A DNA stretch of 64,000 nucleotides from a virus (taxonomy: Duplodnaviria > Caudoviricetes): IMG/VR virus record IMGVR_UViG_3300037067_009690, positions 20,250 to 84,249 of that record; one strand, given 5' to 3'. This document shows, one piece after another, positions 9,453 to 18,418 of the stretch (within the stretch, counting starts at the first letter, position 1; each line of letters begins with the position of its first letter). The notes below the pieces were generated by a model. It was not told the origin of the DNA and did no database searches. It saw only the letters and a program-made list of their open reading frames with translations. Position numbers and translations under genes: made by a program.

Positions 9453-9851
9453 TTAGGCGTGCGGGTCGAAGCTGGTCAGCTTCTGCTGTGACCTGCTGAA
9501 CGTGTTGTTGTACTCGATACCCATTTTCACCAGGAGTTTCGCCTCCGCCTCACGGCAGGACGCCAACGCCCGGTACAGGCGGCGCATCTTGCGCCTCGCC
9601 ACCATTTTGTCCACCCCGAACGGCCACGTCGAGGCCTCCTTGATCGCCCGGTCCAGGGCGTTCCCGGCCTCGTGGTACGCGGTGGAGTCGACCATCGCCT
9701 GGTGCCGGCAGGCGTTGCGCCACGCCCGGTGGGCCGATCCCTTACCTGTCCCTTCCCATCGCTGCACCGGCGAACTGGTCCTGGCCTGCTGCTGGCCCCC
9801 AGCCCCGTTGCGTGCGGAGCGTTCCTGAGTCTGCGTGCCCGACTCGCTCAT
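9453..9851 (-). CDS. putative plasmid transfer accessory protein (TraA-like)
   Basis: Adjacent to TraB; basic ARRKMRR helix resembles actinomycete plasmid TraA-type proteins; GGAGG RBS. Confidence 0.5.
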   Translation of the reverse strand: MSESGTQTQERSARNGAGGQQQARTSSPVQRWEGTGKGSAHRAWRNACRHQAMVDSTAYHEAGNALDRAIKEASTWPFGVDKMVARRKMRRLYRALASCREAEAKLLVKMGIEYNNTFSRSQQKLTSFDPHA

Positions 9852-9867
9852 CGTTACCCTCCGTAAG

Positions 9868-9981
9868 TTCAGTGATCGTTTTCAGCCGGTCGTTCAGCCC
9901 ACCTAAATCGCCGATTCAGCCCCACGCCAGGAGCTGAATCCCCTAAGGGGAGAGGCTCAGTTCAGTTCAGGAATTCAGCCC
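9868..9981. repeat. candidate clt (cis-acting locus of transfer), clustered TTCAG(CCC) repeats
   Basis: TTCAGCCC at 9893, 9915, 9974; TTCAGCCG at 9881; TTCAG at 9868, 9961, 9966; inverted CTGAA at 9934; directly downstream of traB. Confidence 0.55.
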
Positions 9982-12128
9982 GCCAGGGCGTCTCCGCTGT
10001 CGTCACCACCAGTAGTCGCCCCGGCATCCCACGTCGCTGGAGCGGACACGAAATGCCACCACACCGGGTCCTGCTCGTCCTGCGCCATCAGCCCGAGGTC
10101 GGCCAGGCGAGCCAGCCGCATGTACGGCCACGGCCGCCCCCCGCCACCCGGGATCGAATGCCACACCGTGGACAACTCAGTCTGCGACACGGACGACTGC
10201 CCGCCGTCGTGGCGCTCGATCAGCATCCGCCGGAACCGCTCGTTGCGTTCCGCCGTGGACAGCCGCGACGCAGTCAGGTCACCGAGATCCACGTCATCGG
10301 CTGACGTGTCCTGGTCATCACGGTCAGGGTCGACACCGGTCAGGTCGATCCCGTCGAGCATGGGCATGGGTAGGTCCTCCATGTCGTCTCCGGCCATGTC
10401 CAGGTCATCGCTGTCCTGGTCATGACCGGACTGGTCGGTGGTCACCGTGGACACGGTGACCTGGTCACGGCGGCTGGTCACGGGGGCAGTGGCCGTGGGC
10501 ATGTCCATCTGGTCATCGTCGCCGCTGGCCATGTCGGCTAGGACCTGGTCACGGCGGCCTAGCCAGTTCTGGTAGGCCGGGCCCAGCGCCGTGACCATCA
10601 CCGGGTCAAGTTGGGCACGGACATGGGCATGGGCACGGACCACCTCGGTGAGGACCGTCAGGTCCTCGGTGTCCCCGTCGCGCGTCGGCAGGTCACCGCG
10701 GATCGGCATCGCCCACCGGGACTCCGGGACGTCGGGCGCGGACATGATGTGCATCCCAGGCTTGCCCATCCACGCGTCCGGGCGTGCCCCCGCGTCGATC
10801 ACGTGATCCGGGAGGCAGAACCCAGCGTCGGCGATGTCGAGCACCCAGAAGCAGGTGCGGCGGATCAGGTTCGCGCGGACGTCGGTGTCCATCCGCCCAT
10901 GGGAGGCGCGCTGGAGAGACATGCAGAACTCGATGCCGGCCTTCCGTGCCTGCTCGGCGATCTTCACTAGCGCACCGTTGTCGACGAGCCATGCGGCTTC
11001 CTCGAACTGGACGAACACCTTCGGGATCCCGTGGCGCGTGAACGCCCTCGGCTCCCACTTCGTCATCCGATGCGACGCCAGGTCCGCGATCCGCGCAGGG
11101 ACGGCCCGGAGGATCCCAGCGACCATCGCCTTCGCGTCCTTGTCGTCCACGGCTGGCCATGCGACGCCGTCGATGATCGGCGCGGCGGACTGTGGTCCGG
11201 CGATCGGGTCGCACCACAGGACACACACGTCCCGGCGGGTCATCATCCTGGTCGCCTTGACCAGGTCCCGGATGGACTTCCCTGATCCAGTGGTGCCCAT
11301 GACCAACTCGTGACCAGCGAACACGGTCTCTGCTGGTGTCCCATCCGCGTAGGTCCCTACCCGGATCGGGTCAGCGATCGACAGGGCACCCGAGAAACCC
11401 ACAGGTGGCGCCGGGGGCTCGAATGGCATTGTCGCGTCAAGGCGTGTCGTGTCCACTGGCCGAATGATTGTCTGACCGCGGTGCTTCCCGATCCGCGCAA
11501 TCAACGTCCCCGGTCGCAGCTTAAACAGGGACTCCCACCGCTCAAGCTGTGACCTGACATCCGAGACAGTCTGGCCGTCCTTGTGGTCGATCACTACTTC
11601 CTGGGAGTCTTTCCCCGCGGGGCGAACAGTTGTTCCGGCAGCGAGCCCGAGGGCCTCCGGGTCGACGCCCTTGACGACGTGCGTGTCTTCGCCTGTACCC
11701 TTGACCCTTTTTGACTCCTGGGCGTTGAAGATCACCGCCGCGGCGACACCGGAAATGAGGTAGACGATCGCCCATGCAATCTCGTCGGCGAGCAACACTG
11801 AGAGTGCCGCTCCTACACCAGCGGCAGCGAACACCCCCGTGACGTTTTCACGTTCCACTTTCCGACGCGGACCCATGAGAACCCAGATCCGCCACGCAAC
11901 GAGACTGGTAGCAGCGAGGATGCACACGACAGTGAGCACCCATTCACTGGTCGACCCATACTTTTCCAGCGTCCCGTGCGCAGCAAGACCGGCTAGGTAA
12001 ATCCCGGGGAGGCACAGCCATGCGATTTCATCGCGTGTAGACCCCGACTTATTCAGGTCGCCTTTCTTCGGCGACCTGACGGACACAGACAGGGGCCTCG
12101 GCCTCGTTGACATCCTGGATTTCGCCAT
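9975..12128 (-). CDS. traB: TraB-like FtsK/SpoIIIE conjugal DNA translocase
   Basis: N-terminal TM helices, Walker A GTTGSGKS, Walker B FVQFEEAA, ARKAGI...SLQR, C-terminal winged helix; TAATG coupling to upstream gene. Confidence 0.85.
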   Translation of the reverse strand: MAKSRMSTRPRPLSVSVRSPKKGDLNKSGSTRDEIAWLCLPGIYLAGLAAHGTLEKYGSTSEWVLTVVCILAATSLVAWRIWVLMGPRRKVERENVTGVFAAAGVGAALSVLLADEIAWAIVYLISGVAAAVIFNAQESKRVKGTGEDTHVVKGVDPEALGLAAGTTVRPAGKDSQEVVIDHKDGQTVSDVRSQLERWESLFKLRPGTLIARIGKHRGQTIIRPVDTTRLDATMPFEPPAPPVGFSGALSIADPIRVGTYADGTPAETVFAGHELVMGTTGSGKSIRDLVKATRMMTRRDVCVLWCDPIAGPQSAAPIIDGVAWPAVDDKDAKAMVAGILRAVPARIADLASHRMTKWEPRAFTRHGIPKVFVQFEEAAWLVDNGALVKIAEQARKAGIEFCMSLQRASHGRMDTDVRANLIRRTCFWVLDIADAGFCLPDHVIDAGARPDAWMGKPGMHIMSAPDVPESRWAMPIRGDLPTRDGDTEDLTVLTEVVRAHAHVRAQLDPVMVTALGPAYQNWLGRRDQVLADMASGDDDQMDMPTATAPVTSRRDQVTVSTVTTDQSGHDQDSDDLDMAGDDMEDLPMPMLDGIDLTGVDPDRDDQDTSADDVDLGDLTASRLSTAERNERFRRMLIERHDGGQSSVSQTELSTVWHSIPGGGGRPWPYMRLARLADLGLMAQDEQDPVWWHFVSAPATWDAGATTGGDDSGDALAG

Positions 12129-13204
12129 TACCCGCTCACCTCTCTGCGCGTGTCTCGGTCGGCCCGGTACGCGGACCACAGGGCGCGAGCCTCCGGACCG
12201 GACAGTGGGTGCCCGGCAGCCCGTACGGCGGCGGGCAGGGTGTCCCTGTTCACGCGCTCTCCCACGCCCTCCATTCGCTCTGCTATTCCGCGGGCGACGG
12301 CGAGGAGTTCTCCGGGCACATCGACGGTCGCCGACACTCTCGTCGAATGGGGATTGGGTGTGGACGGCACTGCCGTCAGCGCCCGGCGGATGGGTGACCG
12401 CGGTAACTCGTGCTCCGGCGTGTGCACCACTGGCGGCGCACCATCCAGCACCAGATCAGCGAGACCAGCGAGGACCTCCCCCGGTGCCTGCCGGTCCACG
12501 GACCGGGTCACAGCAAGGACCTGCGCCGGATCCAGGGCACCCGTGCGCAGCCACCGGGCGACCTCACGGCGGACCCTCCGCCCGGACCGGCCACGGGCCG
12601 ACAGGCGCAGCGCGGTCCGCGCCGCACCAAGGACCGCCGCGTCCCGCCTTGCGCCCACAGCAGCCGACAGCCGCGCCAGATGCAGCCACGTCCGCGCCGA
12701 CTCCACCGGGGCCGTGACCCACAACCGCGCAGGGATCCGGTCGACTGCGGTCTGCTCGGCCCGCCAGTCGCCGATGGCGTCCCGCGCCGACAACTCGACC
12801 AGTACCGCCCACACGGCCGGGGCAACGACGTGCCACGGAACAGCTGCGGTCGTGTTCGCGGCGAGGGCGTTCAGGGCGATGGTCCCGGCGATCCCCGCGT
12901 GTGCGGTGACCCGCCACGCCGGCACCGGGCGACCGAGACGCGCGCCAGCCACATACCGCAAGGAAGCGCCGAGGATCAGAGCGTCCACGAGGAGCGGGAA
13001 CCCAGCCGCGAGCACCGGCGGGAAAACGTCGGCCGCCGCCCCATACAGGGACGCGTAGGACAGGGCCGCTCCGATCCCTGCCACAGCGGCGAGGATCCCC
13101 ACCGCTACCGCGCGGATACGAGCTACCCACGGCGGCGGCGGGCCGCCCGTGAGATGCCCGCACTCGGGGCACACCTCGGGTGGGCCCGGATGATCGACGG
13201 CCAT
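12128..13204 (-). CDS. DUF2637 / SpdB-like membrane protein with C-terminal HTH
   Basis: AALSYASLY..A...FPLLVDA..LG motif, 4 TM segments, RIP..LW...P..SAR.W. Confidence 0.72.
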   Translation of the reverse strand: MAVDHPGPPEVCPECGHLTGGPPPPWVARIRAVAVGILAAVAGIGAALSYASLYGAAADVFPPVLAAGFPLLVDALILGASLRYVAGARLGRPVPAWRVTAHAGIAGTIALNALAANTTAAVPWHVVAPAVWAVLVELSARDAIGDWRAEQTAVDRIPARLWVTAPVESARTWLHLARLSAAVGARRDAAVLGAARTALRLSARGRSGRRVRREVARWLRTGALDPAQVLAVTRSVDRQAPGEVLAGLADLVLDGAPPVVHTPEHELPRSPIRRALTAVPSTPNPHSTRVSATVDVPGELLAVARGIAERMEGVGERVNRDTLPAAVRAAGHPLSGPEARALWSAYRADRDTRREVSG

Positions 13205-13230
13205 GGTCGCCCCCTTTAGTCGAGTTGTCG

Positions 13231-13674
13231 TCAGTGGGCGCCATCGAAGCTGACGGCCTTGATGGCGGACCACGGCCCGTGCCCACGGTGGCCGCGGAAC
13301 CGGATGGTCTGCCGGCCGTACGCGCCGACCCGGTAGGTCCTGGACACGGTCGTCACGGTCCCGACCCCGCAGGTCTTGGCCACGGCGCGGCCCCAGCCAT
13401 GGAATCTGGCGCGCGCGTGCAGGTACGCGCAGTGGTGATCCCACTTCGCGTCCTTCACGGAGTAGGTGACCCGGATCCGGGTCGTCCCGTCGGCGGCGAC
13501 CCATGTCCCGGTGTGACTCACACACCCGGTCATCCCGGGCGCGCTGATCCGGTAGCGCCACCCGAATTCGTCGCCGCATTGCAGACGCTCGGATGCGGCG
13601 GCAGGGCCTGCTCCGGCAGTCAGTGCCGCGGCGATCAGCGCCGGCGCGGCGGCTGCGATGGTGATCCCGTGCAT
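13231..13674 (-). CDS. secreted protein
   Basis: AAGGAG RBS; signal peptide ending in PAAA; 4 Cys. Confidence 0.65.
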   Translation of the reverse strand: MHGITIAAAAPALIAAALTAGAGPAAASERLQCGDEFGWRYRISAPGMTGCVSHTGTWVAADGTTRIRVTYSVKDAKWDHHCAYLHARARFHGWGRAVAKTCGVGTVTTVSRTYRVGAYGRQTIRFRGHRGHGPWSAIKAVSFDGAH

Positions 13675-13778
13675 GTCGTGTCTCCTTGTGTCGTGTCTCC
13701 GTGCCGCCCCAGCCTGGGGGGTGGCTGGGGCGGCCGGTCCCGTCGCCGAGGGGGAGCAGCGACGGGGGTCAGTGGTGG

Positions 13779-14051
13779 TCAGGTGTCGGCTGGGAGGTCC
13801 AGTGCCGACGCCCGGATAGCGGGCTGGGCGTGCATGTCGTCGAGGTCCAGCTCGATGCGGGCCCGGTGCCGCTCGATCTCGGCGAGGGCAGCGGCCTGCC
13901 TGGCCTCGTCGAGGCGGGCAGCGACCCGGACCCGGACCGCAGTCCGGTCCCGCCACGCGTCGACGTGGATCAGGGCCACGGTCCCGGCCCACGACAGGAC
14001 CAGCAGTGCGCCGGCGCCGGTCGCTGCGGTGAGGATCTCCGCGGCGGTCAC
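13779..14051 (-). CDS. membrane-anchored hypothetical protein
   Basis: GTGA coupling; N-terminal TM plus coiled coil. Confidence 0.6.
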   Translation of the reverse strand: MTAAEILTAATGAGALLVLSWAGTVALIHVDAWRDRTAVRVRVAARLDEARQAAALAEIERHRARIELDLDDMHAQPAIRASALDLPADT

Positions 14052-14362
14052 GGTCCCTCCCTGCGTGGCCACGTGGCGGCCGTCCACTGGCCCTCAGGTG
14101 GCGCGGTCAACGTCACCGTGCCCCGTGTGCCACGGATGACACGGGTGCCGGTCAGGGCCGCGACGACGGCCCCGACCCTGTCGAGGAGGTCATCGGCGAT
14201 GACCTGCCGGTCGATGGCCGGAGTGTCGAGCCTGGTCCCGGCGTCTGTCATCGCGGACACCAGCGACCACGTCGCGGCCGCGAGGGCCTGCTGGGTCTCG
14301 GCCAGCTCCCGCTGGAGCCGGTCGACCTCAGCGATGAGGACCGCCGTGTCGTCGTCGGTCAC
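14048..14362 (-). CDS. hypothetical coiled-coil protein
   Basis: GTGA coupling. Confidence 0.6.
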   Translation of the reverse strand: MTDDDTAVLIAEVDRLQRELAETQQALAAATWSLVSAMTDAGTRLDTPAIDRQVIADDLLDRVGAVVAALTGTRVIRGTRGTVTLTAPPEGQWTAATWPRREGP

Positions 14363-15009
14363 CGGACTGCCACATCCGCGTCGCTGTGGACGTGGATACC
14401 GGTGATCTCCCCGGCGGAGATAGGGACACCGCCGACGGTGAACACGAGGTCACCGCTGCTGGCGTCGACGTCGGTGATGGGTCCGCGGATGCACCTGCGG
14501 ACCCCCTCGGGGTGCCGAGACCACGACCGGTCCGTCCACCACAGGGTCGCCGTCACCCCAGGAGAGAGCAGCCCGAATGTGGTGGTGGATGCCCCTGGTG
14601 GCATCGGGGGCAGGGTGTCGCCGCCGAGGATCAGCAGCGGGCACGGCTGGTCTGTGAGGGGCATCCGGTGCAGGGGGTGCTCGGCGATGGTGGGGATGAT
14701 CCGCCCGTAGCGGGGCGCGCCGGTGATGACACAGGCCGCCCACTCGGTGGCGGATGGCCGGAAGTTGGTGATGGTCGCCCACTGGCCGACTCGGGCGCGG
14801 GCAACGGCCCGGTTCCACCGGGCGCGGGCCTCGTAGTTGCGGCAGGTGGGCGCCAGGAGCCACCACCAGACGCCCACGATGGTCGCCAGGAGCAGGACCA
14901 CGGCGGTGGCCTGCCTGCCGGACGCGGCCGCGAATGGCGTCGCCAGGGCCACAGCGACCGTGGCGGGCACGATCGCCCGCATCTGTGTGTCGGTGCTCGG
15001 TGTCCTCAT
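14359..15009 (-). CDS. membrane protein, first gene of tra operon
   Basis: GAGGGGG RBS; two N-terminal TM segments. Confidence 0.55.
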   Translation of the reverse strand: MRTPSTDTQMRAIVPATVAVALATPFAAASGRQATAVVLLLATIVGVWWWLLAPTCRNYEARARWNRAVARARVGQWATITNFRPSATEWAACVITGAPRYGRIIPTIAEHPLHRMPLTDQPCPLLILGGDTLPPMPPGASTTTFGLLSPGVTATLWWTDRSWSRHPEGVRRCIRGPITDVDASSGDLVFTVGGVPISAGEITGIHVHSDADVAVR

Positions 15010-15062
15010 CGCGTCCCCCTCGGGCGCTGGGTGTCCGTGTCGCGGCCACCATACCCCGACGC

Positions 15063-15094
15063 GTCTACCGTTGTCTACCCCGATCGGATACAGT
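15063..15094. promoter_or_regulatory. divergent promoter / GntR operator candidate
   Basis: GTCTACC direct repeat at 15063 and 15073; TACAGT -10 7 nt before GTG 15102. Confidence 0.4.
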
Positions 15095-15101
15095 GGTGGC
15101 C

Positions 15102-15473
15102 GTGTCCACAACTGACGGCGGGATCGCCGCCCCCGCTGCCAGACTGTCCCGCGTGAGAGCCGGGACCCGATGGGCGCCGATCGCCGAGCACCTGCTCGGC
15201 GAGATCCGCGCGGGCCGGATACCGGTCGGCGGGATACTGCCGTCGATCACCGTGATCTGCGCTGAGCACCGGGTGGCGCGTCGCACCGCGTCCAAGGCTG
15301 TCGGGCACTTGCGGGACGTGGGCGTGGTGGAGATCCGGCCTGGCGCGGGGGCGTGGGTGGTAGCTGTGCCTGCCGATGGGTCGGCTGGTGTCGCGCTAGG
15401 TGTCCTGGCACGGCTGGACGGCCATGAGGCGCGGATCACCGCGCTGGAGGCCGAGGCACGCAGGCGCGGCTAG
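15102..15473 (+). CDS. GntR-family repressor (KorA/TraR/KorSA-like)
   Basis: W..IAEHL..EI.AG..P.G..LPS..I.AEH.VAR.T.KA..HL...G.V..RPGAGAWV wHTH; divergent from tra operon. Confidence 0.85.
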   Translation: MSTTDGGIAAPAARLSRVRAGTRWAPIAEHLLGEIRAGRIPVGGILPSITVICAEHRVARRTASKAVGHLRDVGVVEIRPGAGAWVVAVPADGSAGVALGVLARLDGHEARITALEAEARRRG

Positions 15474-15494
15474 GCGACGCTCGCCGGACGTGCG

Positions 15495-15520
15495 TGTGGC
15501 CCGACCGAAGCCGGGCCACA
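15495..15520. terminator. hairpin between convergent genes
   Basis: TGTGGCCCG/CGGGCCACA stem. Confidence 0.5.
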
Positions 15521-15529
15521 TTGTGCTGG

Positions 15530-15841
15530 TCAGTCGCTGGCAACGCCAGCCAGGGCCGTCACCATCCCTACGATGTTCTCGTGCCCGGCGGCGGACTCGG
15601 CCTCAGTGGAGTACCTGGCTGTGTACTCCTCATCCAGCTCCCCGTCCTTGAACACCATTGTTTCAAAGATCAGCGGCGGGCCAGACCCGAAGTTGTGGTC
15701 GATGACGAGGTGGATAGTGCTGACCAGGTAACCGCCTGTTTCTGTGCGGCCAACACGGCGAGACTTGTCATTGAACATCGCGGTCAGCGTCTCGGGTGTT
15801 GGATCACTTACGGATTCACCGGCCCGGGTGTAGTACGTCAT
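15530..15841 (-). CDS. conserved phage hypothetical protein
   Basis: VST.HL.IDHNF..GPPLIFETMVF...RYSTEAE..AGH motif. Confidence 0.8.
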   Translation of the reverse strand: MTYYTRAGESVSDPTPETLTAMFNDKSRRVGRTETGGYLVSTIHLVIDHNFGSGPPLIFETMVFKDGELDEEYTARYSTEAESAAGHENIVGMVTALAGVASD

Positions 15842-16161
15842 CGCGTTCCCCATTCTTCATTCTTCGGATTGCCGAGGCGTTTCGTGACGCCCGGGTGGGT
15901 CATGCTGGCGACCCGCCCGATCTCCCTGAGCGACGCGCCCCGGGCGCGGGCGGCGCGCATCAGGGCCGTCTGCTGGTCCCGGTCGGCGGCAATCCGGGCC
16001 GTCACGTCGGCTAGGGCCGCGAGGACGGCGTCGGCAGTGTCCTCGTCGAGGAGGACCGTTCCCGCGGTCGTGGTCAGCCACACCGCGTCAGTGTCGCCCG
16101 AAAGCGGGCACCCCTCAGGGGAGCCCGCCACAGGCAGGTCGGTAGTCACCTCCACCACCAT
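15838..16161 (-). CDS. HTH DNA-binding protein
   Basis: C-terminal ARARGASLREIGRVASMTHPGVTKRL HTH. Confidence 0.7.
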   Translation of the reverse strand: MVVEVTTDLPVAGSPEGCPLSGDTDAVWLTTTAGTVLLDEDTADAVLAALADVTARIAADRDQQTALMRAARARGASLREIGRVASMTHPGVTKRLGNPKNEEWGTR

Positions 16162-16619
16162 GCGGTAACCCGCTCCCGGAGCGACCATCGGCAGGGCGTC
16201 CCCTGCCCCATGTCGCATCCCCCCTGTATCCGGCCACAGGCGCAGAACATCTCTGCCCCCGGGTCGGTGTCCCCACATTCGGGGCAGGACCCGATCCCCT
16301 CGGGGTCCATGCGGTGCTGGGCGACCCCCGACCGGAGATACCGGGTGGCCCCGGCCATCGCCTTGGCCAGGGTCGGCGCGTTCGTGACGACCCCGCCGAC
16401 CAGACCCAGGCGGTCAGCGGGAACCCACTGCCACCGCCACCCGTGTTCCATGCCGTCGGCGCGGACAATCACGGCCCGACGGCCGCTGCGGACTAGGACC
16501 GCCAGCCGGTCCTGGTACTTCGTCCGGAAACCTGCGAGGCGGGCAGCTAGGCGGATATCCGCCCCGAGACTGTTTTCCGCGTCCGCAAGGAAACATGCGG
16601 ATTTTGCAAGATTGAACAT
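16146..16619 (-). CDS. hypothetical protein with Zn ribbon
   Basis: GGAGAGG RBS; CPECG...CACG. Confidence 0.55.
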   Translation of the reverse strand: MFNLAKSACFLADAENSLGADIRLAARLAGFRTKYQDRLAVLVRSGRRAVIVRADGMEHGWRWQWVPADRLGLVGGVVTNAPTLAKAMAGATRYLRSGVAQHRMDPEGIGSCPECGDTDPGAEMFCACGRIQGGCDMGQGTPCRWSLRERVTAWWWR

Positions 16620-16620
16620 T

Positions 16621-16848
16621 TCAATTCTTCCTCTCCGCCGCGCGTCGCGCGGATCTCTCGGCCTTGGCGGCCTTCTTGGCGGCGGCTTTCCGCCACCGGT
16701 CTTCCCGTTCCCGACGGAGACGCGCCTCCGTCGTTTCTGGGCGGCGGAGGACAGCCGCGTCCCGGTACCGCCGCATAGCGGTCTGCTCGGCGGTTTCCGG
16801 GGTCCACGAAAATGACTCATCCTCGCGATGAAACCCTAGATACCCCAT
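16621..16848 (-). CDS. basic hypothetical protein
   Basis: TGATG coupling. Confidence 0.55.
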   Translation of the reverse strand: MGYLGFHREDESFSWTPETAEQTAMRRYRDAAVLRRPETTEARLRREREDRWRKAAAKKAAKAERSARRAAERKN

Positions 16849-17054
16849 CAGCTCTGCGCTCTGCTAATAGCCGCACTCTTCCGAGTGTGATTCCAGACCT
16901 TCAGTCGAAGGCCCGTGCGCGTCCAGGACCGGATTTCCTTCGTCGATATCACAAGCCGTGCCGTCCAGCACCACTCCGTGTGGGGCGCAGGGTCCCCCAC
17001 ATACCACCCCTGGGTGGCCTTATGGTTTTTCCATGACTTCCACAGAACTGGCAT
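16848..17054 (-). CDS. hypothetical protein
   Basis: AGGAGGAAAGG RBS before ATG 17054. Confidence 0.6.
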   Translation of the reverse strand: MPVLWKSWKNHKATQGWYVGDPAPHTEWCWTARLVISTKEIRSWTRTGLRLKVWNHTRKSAAISRAQS

Positions 17055-17086
17055 TTCCTTTCCTCCTGCGTCCTGGTGGGGATCCT

Positions 17087-17128
17087 GGCTTCCACGGTCG
17101 CCCCTGGGGCACCGGGGGCGACCGAAGC
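17087..17128 (-). repeat. conserved intergenic stem-loop, copy 1
   Basis: GCTTCGGTCGCCCC...GGGGCGACCGTGGAAGCC, 2 nt after a stop codon. Confidence 0.7.
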
Positions 17129-17130
17129 AG

Positions 17131-17388
17131 TCAGGAATCAATGGCGTCCTCAGCGTCTCTCCGCACCCCGGATACGAGTCGCAGCCATTCGTTGACCCAG
17201 ATAGTTGGGTCTTTCTGGGTTGCCGCACTGAGCCCGGTAACAATGCGGGGGCCGGCGAGGAAATCCACCTCATAGATATCGGCTGCGAGTTTGTTGACCG
17301 TGGCGATAGCCTGGGTCATCGCCACCACCGCCTCCTCGACTGGCTTGAGCGCAGCGACAAGCTCAGCGTGATTGGTTATCTTCCTCAT
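17131..17388 (-). CDS. hypothetical protein
   Basis: GAGGGAG RBS. Confidence 0.65.
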   Translation of the reverse strand: MRKITNHAELVAALKPVEEAVVAMTQAIATVNKLAADIYEVDFLAGPRIVTGLSAATQKDPTIWVNEWLRLVSGVRRDAEDAIDS

Positions 17389-17421
17389 GATGCTCCCTCT
17401 TTCCATTCGGCGCTGTGTCCT

Positions 17422-17463
17422 GGCTTCCACGGCCGTCCCCGGTGTCCCGGGGGCGACCGAAGC
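17422..17463 (-). repeat. conserved intergenic stem-loop, copy 2
   Basis: GCTTCGGTCGCCCCCGG...GGGGACGGCCGTGGAAGCC. Confidence 0.7.
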
Positions 17464-17465
17464 GG

Positions 17466-17909
17466 TCAGGGCCTGGGGATCTCAGTGATCCCGGCCTGGT
17501 AGCCGTCGGCCCCGAGGGCCTGCGCCTCGCCCTCCGCGTCGGCCAGGCTCCAGCACGTCCGCCCGTCGACCTCGTACAGGGCACCGTCGGTGTCGGAGAG
17601 CCGGTGGAGTCCCCGGCAGCCGATGATCCGGCCGTTGTCGTCGCGGACCTCACCCCAGGGGGCGACGACGTCGGCCCGCGTCCCCTGGAGTGCCAGGAGG
17701 CACACCAGGGACACGATGTAGGTGGTGTCCTTGGCGGGTGACGCGAGCCCGGCCAGGCGCCCGTAGCGGACGGTGGTGACGTCCCCGGCCGTCCCGATGG
17801 CCTCGGTGGTGATCCGCGCCGCCTGGCCGGTGGCCGGGTAGGTGGCGGCGGTGGAGCCGTCGGCGTCGAGGATCGTCACGGCGTGGGGGGTGAGGTTGAC
17901 GTACTGCAT
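17466..17909 (-). CDS. conserved phage protein (NLTPH...VRD..GRIIGCRGL family)
   Basis: VNLTPH, YIVS, VRDDNGRIIGCRGL motifs; AAGGAG RBS. Confidence 0.8.
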   Translation of the reverse strand: MQYVNLTPHAVTILDADGSTAATYPATGQAARITTEAIGTAGDVTTVRYGRLAGLASPAKDTTYIVSLVCLLALQGTRADVVAPWGEVRDDNGRIIGCRGLHRLSDTDGALYEVDGRTCWSLADAEGEAQALGADGYQAGITEIPRP

Positions 17910-17942
17910 CGAATGCTCCTTGGTGGGTGGTGGGCTTCCCTT

Positions 17943-17992
17943 GTGGTTACTAAGTTACCACCCTAGTGGGGTGCTGTCAACTCAGTAACCAC
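17943..17992 (-). promoter_or_regulatory. sigma70/HrdB-type promoter flanked by 14-bp inverted operators
   Basis: TTGACA-17-TAACTT; GTGGTTACT(A/G)AGTT inverted repeat at 17943 and 17979. Confidence 0.7.
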
Positions 17993-18055
17993 ACCGGGCC
18001 GGGCCAAAACGCGGCCGGCCCCCACCAGCAGGCAGAGGCCAGCACGCAACGCAGG

Positions 18056-18394
18056 TCAGACGACCCGGGCACCCGCCAGGAACGCCAGGATCTCCCCAAC
18101 CACCACCCCCAACTGCCCAGACCCCACCCGCCGGAAATCCGTCTCCGACATCCCATCCCGGACCCGGATCCACAGCTGGCACTCCCGCGCCATCTGCTCC
18201 GCCACAGCCGCCTGCCGCCACTCCGCCGGGACCGTCAACAGCAACTCCCGCACGTCACCCCTGTACATGCCGTCAGGGTCCGCCAACGCCCCGTCCGTCA
18301 ACTCCGCCAAGACGTGTGTGTGTGTGTGCAGATCCGCGACCGGCGTGTAATGCACGTCGCGGGCTATCTGCCATTCGCTGGTGAAACCAGACAC
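18056..18394 (-). CDS. hypothetical protein
   Basis: ORF with RBS; contains a (GT)7 tract encoding HTHTH. Confidence 0.55.
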   Translation of the reverse strand: MSGFTSEWQIARDVHYTPVADLHTHTHVLAELTDGALADPDGMYRGDVRELLLTVPAEWRQAAVAEQMARECQLWIRVRDGMSETDFRRVGSGQLGVVVGEILAFLAGARVV

Positions 18395-18418
18395 AGGAAC
18401 TCCTCATGGTCGCAGGTG

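Noticed and set aside
18314-18328. (GT)7 microsatellite as a phase-variation switch
   Set aside because: Short and in frame (HTHTH); no evidence of variability from a single sequence
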